The notes below the pieces were generated by a model. It saw nothing but the letters and a program-made list of their open reading frames with translations, was not told the origin of the DNA and ran no database searches. Below, in pieces: positions 35,039 to 44,689 of a DNA stretch of 64,000 bases. Position 1 is the first letter of the stretch; the number at the start of each line of letters is the position of its first letter. Made by a program: the position numbers and the translations under genes. This DNA comes from an uncultured Opitutaceae bacterium (GTDB lineage Bacteria; Verrucomicrobiota; Verrucomicrobiia; Opitutales; Opitutaceae). The DNA is taken from positions 763 through 64,762 of the forward strand of contig CAZAFS010000001.1 in the NCBI GenBank assembly GCA_964484165.1, in the 5' to 3' direction.

Positions 35039-35854
35039 TCACCTTCGCGAACGGCAGCGCCACCAGAGGACCACCATCTCGCAGAAAGGCCGCCACCAAA
35101 GCTTCCGCAATCCGTAGTGGGGGCGCCCGAAAACGCGCGCATGATGCCTCACCGGCACTTCCGACACCCGAAAGCCAGCCCGCGCCACCATCGTCGGCAG
35201 GAATGCCTGCAGCAGCGGTCCCGGCGTCAGTGCCGCAATTACCTCGCGGCGGAAGACCCTTAGTTGGCAACCAGCATCATGCATCCCGTCACGGAACACG
35301 AAACGGCGCACGGCGTTGGCTAGGCGCGACAGGAACCGCTGCGACCATGGGTCGTGACGGTCCTGCCGCCAGCCGCCGGCGAGGTCGGCACGGTCGTTTT
35401 CCACCAGCGCCAGCAGGATGGGGAAGTCGCGCGGGTCGTTCTGCCCGTCGCCGTCCATCGTCAGGATGATCGCGCCGCGCGCCGCCTGCAGACCGGCCAG
35501 CAGCGCCCCGGCCTGTCCGATATTCCGAGGCAGGCTCATCAACCGGAATCTTGGTTCGGCGGCGCACGCGTTCCGCAGTTCGTCGGGCGTGGCATCGGTG
35601 CTGCCGTCGTCCACCAGCACTACCTCGAAATCGGGGGTATGGGCTTCAAGGATCATGCGCACCGCTGCCAACAACGGCGTGGCATTGCCTGCTTCGTTGT
35701 TGAAAGGAATGACGAGTGAATACCGGGGCGCGTTCACTGCGCGCCCATGATCGTGGCTGGCGGACGCACAGGCAAGCCTGCGGCGGATTGCGTCCCGCTG
35801 CACGGCGAGCGCGGGCCCCATCGCCAGAGGATCGCCCGACCTGGTCTGGGACAT
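35039..35854 (-). CDS. GT2-family polyprenyl-phosphate glycosyltransferase (ArnC/DPM1-like)
   Basis: The motifs are YSLVIPFNNEAGN, EVVLVDDGSTD, RNIGQAGAL and ILTMDGDGQNDP (DxD). Confidence 0.85.
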   Translation of the reverse strand: MSQTRSGDPLAMGPALAVQRDAIRRRLACASASHDHGRAVNAPRYSLVIPFNNEAGNATPLLAAVRMILEAHTPDFEVVLVDDGSTDATPDELRNACAAEPRFRLMSLPRNIGQAGALLAGLQAARGAIILTMDGDGQNDPRDFPILLALVENDRADLAGGWRQDRHDPWSQRFLSRLANAVRRFVFRDGMHDAGCQLRVFRREVIAALTPGPLLQAFLPTMVARAGFRVSEVPVRHHARVFGRPHYGLRKLWWRPFCEMVVLWWRCRSRR

Positions 35855-36125
35855 CGGATCGGAATTGGAGGTCGGGTGGTTTCACATTCCTTGCGGCGAT
35901 GCAATCAGGCTTGAGTCGGCGGGCGTTCTCGGCGCATCCTGATGCCCGGAATCGCTGGCGTGTGCGCGAGGATTTTCCCGTTTCTTGTCCCATGGGGAAG
36001 TCAACGCGTTTACCCGGCTGATTCTCGCCTGTTTCTTTGATTGCTCGGTGCCTGGCCATTTGCAGAACCGGCTCTCCAGCCCGCGCGGTTGGCGAGGCTG
36101 GATTCTGCCCAACCCCCGTTCATCT

Positions 36126-36318
36126 ATGGCCCGTCCTGGCACGCTGTTCACCGGCCTATGGGCCGGCCTGCCGCTGGAAAAACTGGCTCCGCCCGTCAAA
36201 CGCATGGGCTACGGCGGCGTGGAACTCGCCTGTTGGGACGACCATTTTGATCCCAAAGCGGCCATCTCCTCGAAAGAATGCGTTCGTGAAAAATGGGATC
36301 TGCTGCAGGCGCGAGGAA
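36126..36318 (+). pseudogene. Xylose-isomerase-like TIM-barrel (sugar-phosphate isomerase/epimerase) gene, N-terminal fragment
   Basis: MARPGTLFTGLWAGLPLEKLAPPVKRMGYGGVELACWDDHFDPKAAISSKECVREKWDLLQA is followed by an abrupt switch to antisense RT sequence at about 36318. Confidence 0.5.
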
Positions 36319-36700
36319 GTCGAAGGTCTGTGGTTTATTTCCGTTTCTGCAAGAATGCCGGAAATCCACGATCGGGGTTTTCTCCGGATGGATCGTCAGT
36401 TCGTAGCTTTGGAAACGCATGGGCACTTGCTCCAGTAGAGGCTCGGCGTCCTCGCGTTTCTCGCAAATCACCACGTAATCGTCCGCAAAGCGGATCAACT
36501 CCACCTTGCCGCGCAATTTCGGTTTGATCTCTCGCTCGAACCAACAATCCAGTACCTCGTGCAGCCCATGACGGGCGATACCGCCGATCCTTGCGGCGTG
36601 CCCGCTTCCGGGTAGATCACCTGCCGGCTTCCCAAACTCCGGCCTTCAACCATTTGTCTATCAACCGATCACTCCCTCCCTCCCTGACGGTACCGGCATT
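36318..36700 (-). pseudogene. Group II intron-type reverse transcriptase fragment, frameshifted and truncated at both ends
   Basis: The pieces are LIDKWLKAGVWEAGR*, then (shifted) VIYPEAGTPQGSAVSP, then HEVLDCWFEREIKPKLRGKVELIRFADDYVVICEKREDAEPLLEQV...LTIHPEKTPIVDF...FDFL. These correspond to RT blocks 4-7 with a FADD (YxDD-type) motif. I saw no intron RNA domains. Confidence 0.6.
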
Positions 36701-36967
36701 GATTGTCAGCCGCTGCGCGTCGGTGGCGCGCACGGCATAAACGTTGCAGCTGTCGCAATAGAGGTAGACGCCGTCTTCAAGCAGATTGCAGGAACCCACG
36801 GCTATGGATAAGAATCGGGAGGTCGAAAGGTTGCCGCATTAAAACGAGGGCAATGATTGCTAGGGTCCACACTTTAGCCGTGAAATTCCACGCATACGGG
36901 TTGGGCCGAGTGGTCAAGAAGTGCGGAAGGCTGAACCCGATATAGGCGAGTCTCGTCGGTTCAGCAG

Positions 36968-36987
36968 CTAGGGAGTGTCTTCAAACT
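36968..36987 (+). repeat. Solo IS5-type terminal inverted repeat
   Basis: CTAGGGAGTGTCTTCAAACT matches the IRL of the IS5 element at 7103 (CTACGGCGTGTCTTCAAACC) at 17 of 20 positions. It directly abuts the fucosidase TAG stop (36988-36990). Confidence 0.45.
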
Positions 36988-38469
36988 CTAGTCATTCACC
37001 AACAGCGGAATCTTGAAGACAAATGCATGTTCGCATGGCTTCGCGTTACTCAACTCGCTGGGTACATTCACCTTCAAGCCCGCCGTTTCTTGGCTCCATT
37101 TCAGCGGTAGCTTGCTGCCTAGCATGGTAATCTCGCCGCCCGGTCGTGCCCTAACACCGTGAAACGTAATGCTTCCGGCCGGCCAATCAAAACAGATTGC
37201 GTAAAGCTCAGTCGAGTCCTTGCTGCGCGTAAAAAAAACGCGGGGGCCATCATCGGCCCGTTCCCACGGCCGCGTGCCATAAATTGCCTCCCCATTTATG
37301 GAGAGCCAGCGCCCGATTTCGGATAGCCGGGCCCGCTGCAATTCGGGCAGGGCACCTTCGCCGTCCAGATTGACAACAAGCAGCAGATTGCCATTGCGGG
37401 CAACAATCGTCGCCAGCATGTGGACTAGTTCGGTTGCTGCTAAAACACTTGTTTCTGTGTCATTGCGGTTGTAGCCGAACGACTGGCCGATTCCCCGGTT
37501 CTCCTCCCATTTGTGGCTGCGCCCTTTAGCGAGATCAAAGGGCTTCCCTTCAACCTCCCCGTACTCGCTCGTATAGAAGTCGCCAACTTCGCTCCTGGTT
37601 TTCCCAAGACGATCGTTAACGGCAACCTCCTTGCGCCCAATGGCGTTGTTGTAGTAGGCGGCGACAATCGAATATGTGCCGAACGCCTCTTGAGTCTCGG
37701 TCCAATCTCCGTCGAACCAAAGAAGATCGGGATCATATCGCTTAATGAACTCCAAAGTTTGCGGCACGATATAGTCCTCAGCATAGTCGCGCACAGGCCG
37801 TTTGCCGATGATCCTCCCTCTCAGAAATCCTTCGTCATATGGTTCGATTACCGTAGTTCCCTTTTCCGGATTCCAAATGCGCATTTGGAGCCGGCCGCCG
37901 TCGGTGAGCGTCGGAAATTCCCATTCCTCCAGCGACTGATAGAATCCGAACTTAAGGCCTGCTTTCCTGCAAGCGGCCACCAGAGGTTGAATCAAATCAC
38001 GTTTCGGCCCCATTTTCATAGCGTTTCTGTCGGTAAGTGAACTGGGCCAAAGGCAAAATCCATCGTGATGTTTGCAGAAGGGAACGATATATTTCATCCC
38101 GCTCTCCTTTGCTATGGTGGCCAAGAGGTCCGGGTCGTATTTTGTGGCCATAAAGAGGGGGATGAAGTCGTCACGAGTAAATCCGGCGCCCCAGGTTTGC
38201 GCGTGATACGCCTTAAATATTTCATCAACGTACATCCGGTGCAAATACCAGTCCGGATATGTTGCACCTCGCTCACGCGGCGGAGCCCAACCCGCCACGG
38301 AGTACAGACCCCAGTCGATAAACATGCCAAATTTGGCGTCCTCATACCACTCGGGAACTTGGTGTGTCGAAATCGATTCCCTTGTGGGTTTATACAGATT
38401 TGAAGCTCTTACTTCCGGGATGACAGCGGCAAGCAATGCGGCGAATCCGAAAGCAAGGATCGTCTTCAT
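36988..38469 (-). CDS. GH29 alpha-L-fucosidase (exported)
   Basis: This is ORF 36988..38565 trimmed to the ATG at 38469 (MKTILAFGFAALLAAVIPEVRA). The motifs are PEWYEDAKFGMFIDWGLYSV, YIVPFCKHHDGFCLWPS and LWFDGDW. The gene is visibly AT-richer than its surroundings. Confidence 0.9.
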   Translation of the reverse strand: MKTILAFGFAALLAAVIPEVRASNLYKPTRESISTHQVPEWYEDAKFGMFIDWGLYSVAGWAPPRERGATYPDWYLHRMYVDEIFKAYHAQTWGAGFTRDDFIPLFMATKYDPDLLATIAKESGMKYIVPFCKHHDGFCLWPSSLTDRNAMKMGPKRDLIQPLVAACRKAGLKFGFYQSLEEWEFPTLTDGGRLQMRIWNPEKGTTVIEPYDEGFLRGRIIGKRPVRDYAEDYIVPQTLEFIKRYDPDLLWFDGDWTETQEAFGTYSIVAAYYNNAIGRKEVAVNDRLGKTRSEVGDFYTSEYGEVEGKPFDLAKGRSHKWEENRGIGQSFGYNRNDTETSVLAATELVHMLATIVARNGNLLLVVNLDGEGALPELQRARLSEIGRWLSINGEAIYGTRPWERADDGPRVFFTRSKDSTELYAICFDWPAGSITFHGVRARPGGEITMLGSKLPLKWSQETAGLKVNVPSELSNAKPCEHAFVFKIPLLVND

Positions 38470-38589
38470 CGGGCCAAAATGAGCTTTGGGGGGATTGATG
38501 GCAACCCTGTTCCGTAGAATCTCTGGGGTGCCGAAGAGAAACGAAAGCGGTCTGCCATCAAGCACCGTTAGGTAGTTCGGATCTTTGGG

Positions 38590-39109
38590 CGGGCATGACC
38601 CCGGCCGAGCGTGCGCCTCTGTGCTCGGCGCGGTTTGCCTGCCCGCTCGCTCGGCTGCACCGCGTCGCCCAAGGGCTGCGAGAACGTGCGCTGCCCAAGT
38701 CGCTTCTCGGTCAAGCCTGCATCTATCTGCTCGGTCACTGGATCCCGCTGACCGCGCAGCTGCGCCACGGTCAGACCCGGCTCGACACCAACTTGGTTGA
38801 AAACGCGATCAGACCTTCGGCCGTCAGATAGAAAAACTGGCTGTTCATCGACCATCCCGACTCCGGCTTGTGCTCGGCCATCCTCTACTCGATCATGGTC
38901 TCCTGCCAGCGGCACGGCAAAGACCCGCTCGCTTATCGCCGCGATGTGCTGCAGCGCCTGCAGGCGATGACTGACCAAGACGACCTCGGCCCCTTGCTGC
39001 CAGCCAACTGGCGCGAAAGGCGATAGCCTTCGTGGCCGCCAGCTGTTTGATCGCCTGCCGATTGGTCACCATCCGCAACTGTCAATGAGGCACCCGGCCG
39101 GACATGTAC
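38590..39109 (+). mobile_element. IS66-family transposase 3' remnant (second copy)
   Basis: It reads ...LPKSLLGQACIYLLGHWIPLTAQLRHGQTRLDTNLVENAIRPSAVR*KNWLFIDHPDSGLCSAILYSIMVSCQRHGKDPLAYRRDVLQRL, with an in-frame TAG at 38829-38831. The terminal motif AATGAGGCACCCGGCCGGACATGTAC ends at 39109 and matches the copy ending at 17438. Confidence 0.7.
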
Positions 39110-39189
39110 GTTCAACACGAGGAGTTGGTGCCGCAGAGCCAAGTTCTCGAGCAGGAGTTGGCGGCGCGGTTGGAAGGCTGCGCCCAGAC

Positions 39190-41604
39190 TCAACGCCCAC
39201 GAACGTAGGCACGAACTGCCTCAAACTGACTGTCGCCGTCGAGGCCTGCCTCTGCCATTACGATGGCTCCGGAGCCGCTGCCGAGGAAGTGTCCGTGTCG
39301 GAACGGATGGAGCGAGTGGGCACGGCCATAATTCGAGCGCACCCAGCGGGCCATTGTCGCCAGCGTGAAGTCGGTGATACCCATCGCCTCGAGCTGGTGC
39401 GCCTCCGGAAAGATGCGGTCGCGTTCGGCTGAGGGCTGTAGATCGAACAGTTCGCAGGAAGTGACCACGTAGACATTGAGGTCGATGTCTTCACGCTCTA
39501 AGAGTGGCAGTGCCTTGGTCACAAATGCATAGGTGACACCAGTGCCTTGCAGCACGATGGTGCCTTGCCCGTGCCCGCGTGCAGCACGCAGGCGGTAAAC
39601 GCCCTGTGCCGCGCTGGCTGCGGGAGGCAACCCGAGGGCTTCGCGATCCAGCACAACTTCCGGCGGACGCGTAACGAACGGAGCGATCACCGTTGGCCGC
39701 TTCGCGAGTGCGGTCGAAACCAAAAACCAGATTTCCTGCGGATCCCACGGCGTGAGTGTGATCATCGTCCCGACCGGGAAATTATCCTGCAGCAACTGGA
39801 GGGATTGCGGGTCGGCATGCGTCGGACCATCTTCGCCAGTCTTGAGTCCCACGTGGGCGCACACGAGAAAGAAGGGGCGGTAGGCGCCACCCGCAACCGA
39901 CACGCGCGCTTGGTTGCCGATAGCGTGGAGCCGCGCGGCGATGTGCCCGAGCGGCGCGCTGAAGGCGCCATAAGATTACCCGGCGCCGATGTGGCTACCG
40001 AACGACGCGATTCCCGAGAGCATGGCGGTCATCGCGTCTTCGCAGATGCCACCGATCGAGAGCTGCCGGGCCTCAGGATTCGTATAACGGTTGTAGAAGC
40101 CTGGCGGAAAACCATCGCCGACCTTGCTGATGCTCGTCGAGGCGAGGAGATCAGCCGCAGCAACCACGATTGCGCCGCCGCTCGCGCGATTGTAGTAGTT
40201 CAGCACGCGCCCGAGTTCATCGCGCAGCGTGGTTTTTGTTCCCGGCTTGAGCGCGAGTTCGGCTGGTGCTTGCTCGCTCGTGCGGACCGCGATTTCGTAA
40301 ACGGCTTGAATGCGGGGCGCGCCCGTCCGGGGCTGGCGCCGCCGGCTCTCAAGCCGCAGCTTCGCGACGCGAAGCTGCGCGGCCAGCGCTACGGCGGTGG
40401 GCCTTCGCGCCTCCAATGCGCCGCGAATGGTGCCGAGCGTTTCCCAGTAACACTGCTCAATGACACTCGCATCGGCGCCGCAGCGCTGGGGAATTCCGTC
40501 GCAGCACGGCAGGTGCACCGCGTCCTTGGGCAGCAGCGGCGCCACGGCTGCGAAAAAGCCGGCCGAGCACAGAGCGTGGCCGGCACCATGGGATGCGCGA
40601 CCTTCGATTCCATATTGCCAGCCTTTCACCGTGCGGTAGACGATCGCCGTGGGCTGGCCGTTCTCGAGTGCGAGCGCGGTGCGCTGTGCTGTCGTGATCT
40701 GCTGCCAGTCAAATCCATCCGGAACCAGGATCACGTTCCAATCATGGAGGTAGGCGAGCTCTGCCGGAGTCCACTGAACGTAATCGCCCGGCGTCTCCCC
40801 ATCGCGGCACACGCGGTTCGAATCGATCGAAGCTTGGTTCCAGTCCACGTGCAGCACTACATTCCCAAGCGAGGCGGTGCCCGCCGCCGCGAGCGCCTCG
40901 GCCACACGGCCCGGCGTCATGCCGCCCTCGCCCTCGATGATATGCACGCGCGGCGCGTCCTTTCCGTAGAGGTCAGCCGCCCCCCACGCCAGTCCGAGTG
41001 AGGCCGGAACGCCCACGCCCGACGCGCCCGTTGAAAGTCGCACGAACGGCGTCGCCGGGGTGGGATGGCCGTCGAGCGCCTTGGCGCGCAGTTGTTTGAA
41101 GAGAGGTGTCTTGGCGGCCGGGTTGCGGCGGAAGCCGAGCAGGTCTTCAAGCCTGAGCTGGAACTTCTCGTCGCGCGGCAGCAGCTCCGGGGCCGCGATG
41201 CGCGCCACTTCGTTGCGCAGCGCCCAGATTGCGTAAAGACCGAGCGCCTTGTGCCCCGCCGCGTAGGAGATGATGTCTGCGTCCCGACGCTCGGGGCGCG
41301 CGAGATCATAGTCCATCAGGTCAAACAGCAACGAGGTCACAAAGCGTCCGGACGAGATCGACCCGCCTGGATGGCCCGAGAGCGGCACATAATTATACAT
41401 TACCGCACATAGCGAACGGTAGACGAGGTCGAACGTATCGAAGTGCCCAAGGGTCGCAGCGTCGAGAGGCCTGCCCTCCACCGCCACGCGATCGGCCGCA
41501 TTGAGGAACACGCCGCGGCGCGGCCCGAACGTAATCTTCGCCGCTGGCACACGGCCAGACGAGGCTTCCATTGAAATCTGGTTCTTTACCATCATGCTAT
41601 TCAC
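39190..41604 (-). pseudogene. Transketolase-family (ThDP-dependent) enzyme split by an in-frame TAA
   Basis: ORF 39976..41604 contains the ThDP and pyrimidine-binding parts (SGHPGGSISSGR, GEGGMTPGRVAEAL, HVDWNQASID). ORF 39190..39903 contains VCAHVGLKTGEDGPTHADPQ plus the C-terminal domain. Both are in the same frame. The read-through gives ...GSHIGAG*SYGAFSAPLGHIAARLHAIGNQARVSVAGG..., with the TAA at 39976-39978. Confidence 0.8.
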
Positions 41605-41641
41605 GGTTTAACCGTGATCGTTTGAAGAATTTTGGTCTGGT

Positions 41642-42490
41642 TGACCTTCCTTATTCGCTCCGTAAGCTCAAGCTGATTCCGGTTGGCACACTCGTATCTG
41701 ACAGGCGTAATCTGCGGTCTACCACTGCCCAGCTAAACACGGTGACTGAGAGGGACGCCGGAACTAAGCCAAGGGTAGTATCAGCCAGAGACGTTGATGT
41801 ATGGTTGTTTCGGTTGCGGTTGGCAATCCCGGGCGGAGGGAAAGCCCGGCTCGGCGGGCCTGACCGGAGCCAGGGATGGAAGTAAACTCGCGGCGCGGAT
41901 GGCAGGGCTTTGGCAGCCAAGATTACTGTACGGACGGAATTGGTTGTATCTGTTTCTGTAGTCTTCGATCACGACGCGGGATTCGATCAGAGTCCATAGT
42001 TGCTCGCGGTTCAGACACTCGTCGCGGAACCCGCCATGGAAGGATTCCACAGAACCGTTTTGTCAGGGACTTCCCGGCTCGATGTAGATAGTTTTGATGT
42101 GGTTCACAGCCAGCCAGCGCTGGAGTTCCTTGGCGATGAACTCCGAGCCATTATCCGAACGGATATACTCCGGCGCGCCATGCTGGGCGATTGCTCCCTT
42201 GACCAAGTCGCTCACATTGCCGGATTTCCGAGCCCGATCAGCCCTCAGTACGTGACACTCCCGGGTGTGCTCATCGAGGACCGTCAACATCCTCAAGGCA
42301 CCGCCGCGCACCGTCGCGTCGACGATAAAGTCCTGGGTCCAAACATGGTTTTTATGAGTCGCTTTCGTTGGCAGTCCTGTCGAGTGGCCGCGACGAGGGA
42401 TTTTCCTCTTGGTTGGCGGCACTCTCAGCCCTTCCAGTCGGCGCAGCCGCCGCACCCGGCGGTTACCCACGTTCTCGTGGTTCAAGGAAA
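41642..42490 (-). mobile_element. IS3-family element, 5'-truncated second copy (orfB part only)
   Basis: It contains LRVPPTKRKIPRRGHSTGLPTKATHKNHVWTQDFIVDATVRGGALRMLTVLDEHTRECH...SDNGSEFIA...IEPGSP, and in another frame ESFHGGFRDECLN...YNQFRPYS. The IR-like end TGACCTTCCTTATTCGC starts at 41642. orfA is absent. The right boundary is approximate. Confidence 0.75.
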
Positions 42491-42591
42491 GAACCACGGA
42501 ATCCATGTTGCATCCCGCTTTGCACTATGGGCTGGTTCGAAGCCGGCAACGAGTGACTTGGCCAATCTTTGACAGCTGGCGTAATTGTAAC

Positions 42592-44532
42592 ATGACAATC
42601 AGGAATGCCGTTCGAAAATTAGTTATAGTACAGTTCGTGACTGCGATCGTCTCCAGCATTGCTGGAGCGGCGGCGTCAGACCAGTGGGTTGCTCCGATCG
42701 CGCCAGGCAGAGTTACGAACTTCAGTCTCACCCAAGTGCGGCTGCTCGACAGTCCGTTCAAGCAGGCCCAGGAGCTGGACCGGCAGTATCTGTTGTCGCT
42801 GGATCCGGACCGCCTGCTGCTCATGTTTCGCGTCACGAGCGGTCTCTGGAGTTATGGCCCCGCCACTCCGGCCTTGGGCGGCTGGGAGAGTCCCGGCTGC
42901 GGTTTGCGCGGGCACACCCTAGGACATTACCTGTCCGCCTGTTCGCTGATGTATGCGTCCACAGGCGATGAGCGATTGAAGGCCCGCACGGCCCTGCTCG
43001 TAGCCGAGCTGGCGAAGTGCCAGGACAAGATGGTCGAGCAGGGTTATCACGCCGGCTACCTGTCGGCCTTCCCCGAATCCTTCTTTGATCTCGTCGACGC
43101 CCAAAAGCCCGTGTGGTCGCCGTGGTACACGATGCACAAGATCATGGCCGGACTGCTCGACGTGCACGTGCACACCGGCAACGCGCAGGCCCTGGACGTG
43201 CTGAAGCACCTGGCCGAATGGGTGAAGTTCCGCGTCGACCGCCTCACGCTTGAGCAGATGCAGGAGGCGCTGATAACCGAGTACGGAGGAATGAACGAGG
43301 TGCTCGCCAACCTGTATGCGGTGACCGGCAATCCCGATCACCTGCGGCTGGCGCAGGCGTTCAACCACCAGGCGATGTTCGCGCCGCTGGCGCGCGGCGA
43401 GGACCGACTCGATGGCCTGCACGCCAACACGCAAATCCCCAAAATCACCGGCGCAGCCCGCGAATACGAGCTGACCGGCCGGGAGGAATACCGCGACATT
43501 GCGCGCTTTTTCTGGCGGCAGGTGGCGCTGGAGCGCTCCTACGCGATCGGCGGCGACAGTGACGACGAGCACTTCTTCCCCGTCACCGATTTTGCCAAGC
43601 ACCTCAGCCCGGTCACGGCCGAGACCTGCAACACTTACAACATGCTCAAGCTCACGGAGCATTTGTTCGCTTGGGAACCGTCGGTCGAGATCATGGATTT
43701 CTACGAGCGGGCGCTCTACAACCACATCCTCGCCTCGCAGGATCCGCGCACGGGTATGTTCACCTATTTCATTTCGATGAAGCCGGGGCTCTTCAAAACC
43801 TACTCGACGCCGGACAACTCGTTCTGGTGCTGCGTCGGCACCGGGATGGAAAACCACGCGAAGTACGGTCAAATGATTTATTCCCATGACGCTGTTTCGC
43901 TTTATGTAAATCTTTTTATCGCCTCCGAGCTTAATTGGTCGGAGCGCGGCGTCGTCGTCCGGCAGGAAACGGATTTTCCGGACGGAAACGTATCCCATCT
44001 CCGCCTTCAATTGGTGAAGCCGCAGACGTTCGCCTTGAAGGTCCGCAGGCCGGCTTGGTGCCAGACTGCCGTGACAATCAAAGTAAATGGCGCGGTTGCC
44101 CACGCGAGTCGGGACGGTTCCGGCTACCTTACGCTCGAACACGAATGGGAAAATGGCGACTTGATCGAGGTCACGCTGCCGATGTCACTCCGGACAGAAG
44201 CGCTGCCCGACGATCCCAAGCATATAGCGTTTTTTTACGGGCCGATCCTGCTCGCGGGAGCTATGGGGACCGATGGAATTCCGCCAGAAGGGCAATACGC
44301 GAACTATGAAAAGCAATACACGGGTTGGCCGGCGCCGCCGGAACCGGCCCTGACTGGAGAACCGGCCGCAATCCTTAACGCACTCGAGGTCGTTCCAAAC
44401 GAACGGCTAACCTATCGGACGCAGGGAATCGGACATCCTCGCGATTATACGCTAATACCATTTTTTCGTCTGCACCACCAACGCTACACCGTATATTGGC
44501 TTGTAAATCCGCCGCCTCACGGCGCCCCGTGA
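42592..44532 (+). CDS. GH127 (DUF1680) beta-L-arabinofuranosidase-family glycoside hydrolase
   Basis: This is ORF 42409..44532 trimmed to the ATG at 42592. The motifs are GHTLGHYLSA, YTMHKIMAGLLD, EYGGMNEVLANLY, LHANTQIPK, ETCNTYNMLKL and FWCCVGTGMENHAKYG (Cys-rich zinc site). Confidence 0.9.
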   Translation: MTIRNAVRKLVIVQFVTAIVSSIAGAAASDQWVAPIAPGRVTNFSLTQVRLLDSPFKQAQELDRQYLLSLDPDRLLLMFRVTSGLWSYGPATPALGGWESPGCGLRGHTLGHYLSACSLMYASTGDERLKARTALLVAELAKCQDKMVEQGYHAGYLSAFPESFFDLVDAQKPVWSPWYTMHKIMAGLLDVHVHTGNAQALDVLKHLAEWVKFRVDRLTLEQMQEALITEYGGMNEVLANLYAVTGNPDHLRLAQAFNHQAMFAPLARGEDRLDGLHANTQIPKITGAAREYELTGREEYRDIARFFWRQVALERSYAIGGDSDDEHFFPVTDFAKHLSPVTAETCNTYNMLKLTEHLFAWEPSVEIMDFYERALYNHILASQDPRTGMFTYFISMKPGLFKTYSTPDNSFWCCVGTGMENHAKYGQMIYSHDAVSLYVNLFIASELNWSERGVVVRQETDFPDGNVSHLRLQLVKPQTFALKVRRPAWCQTAVTIKVNGAVAHASRDGSGYLTLEHEWENGDLIEVTLPMSLRTEALPDDPKHIAFFYGPILLAGAMGTDGIPPEGQYANYEKQYTGWPAPPEPALTGEPAAILNALEVVPNERLTYRTQGIGHPRDYTLIPFFRLHHQRYTVYWLVNPPPHGAP

Positions 44533-44689
44533 CAAATCCGCATTGTGCCCACATTAAGCCGAATTTTGCGGCTGGCCGGCTCGTCGTTCACCGCATGTTT
44601 TGGGCGATCGCAGTCATCACATCCCGTCCAGGCGTCGTTACCCAGTCGTTTGAAATGCGAGCTGCGCGACGACGGCGAGATCTTCCCGG

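Noticed and set aside
36898-36968. The stretch GGGTTGGGCCGAGTGGTCAAGAAG...GTCGGTTCAGCAGC looks tRNA-like, with a D-loop resembling tRNA-Ser/Leu.
   Set aside because: I could not fold a cloverleaf. There is no complementary acceptor stem, no GTTCRANYC T-loop with a paired stem, and no sensible anticodon arm. It is probably chance or a badly eroded relic.
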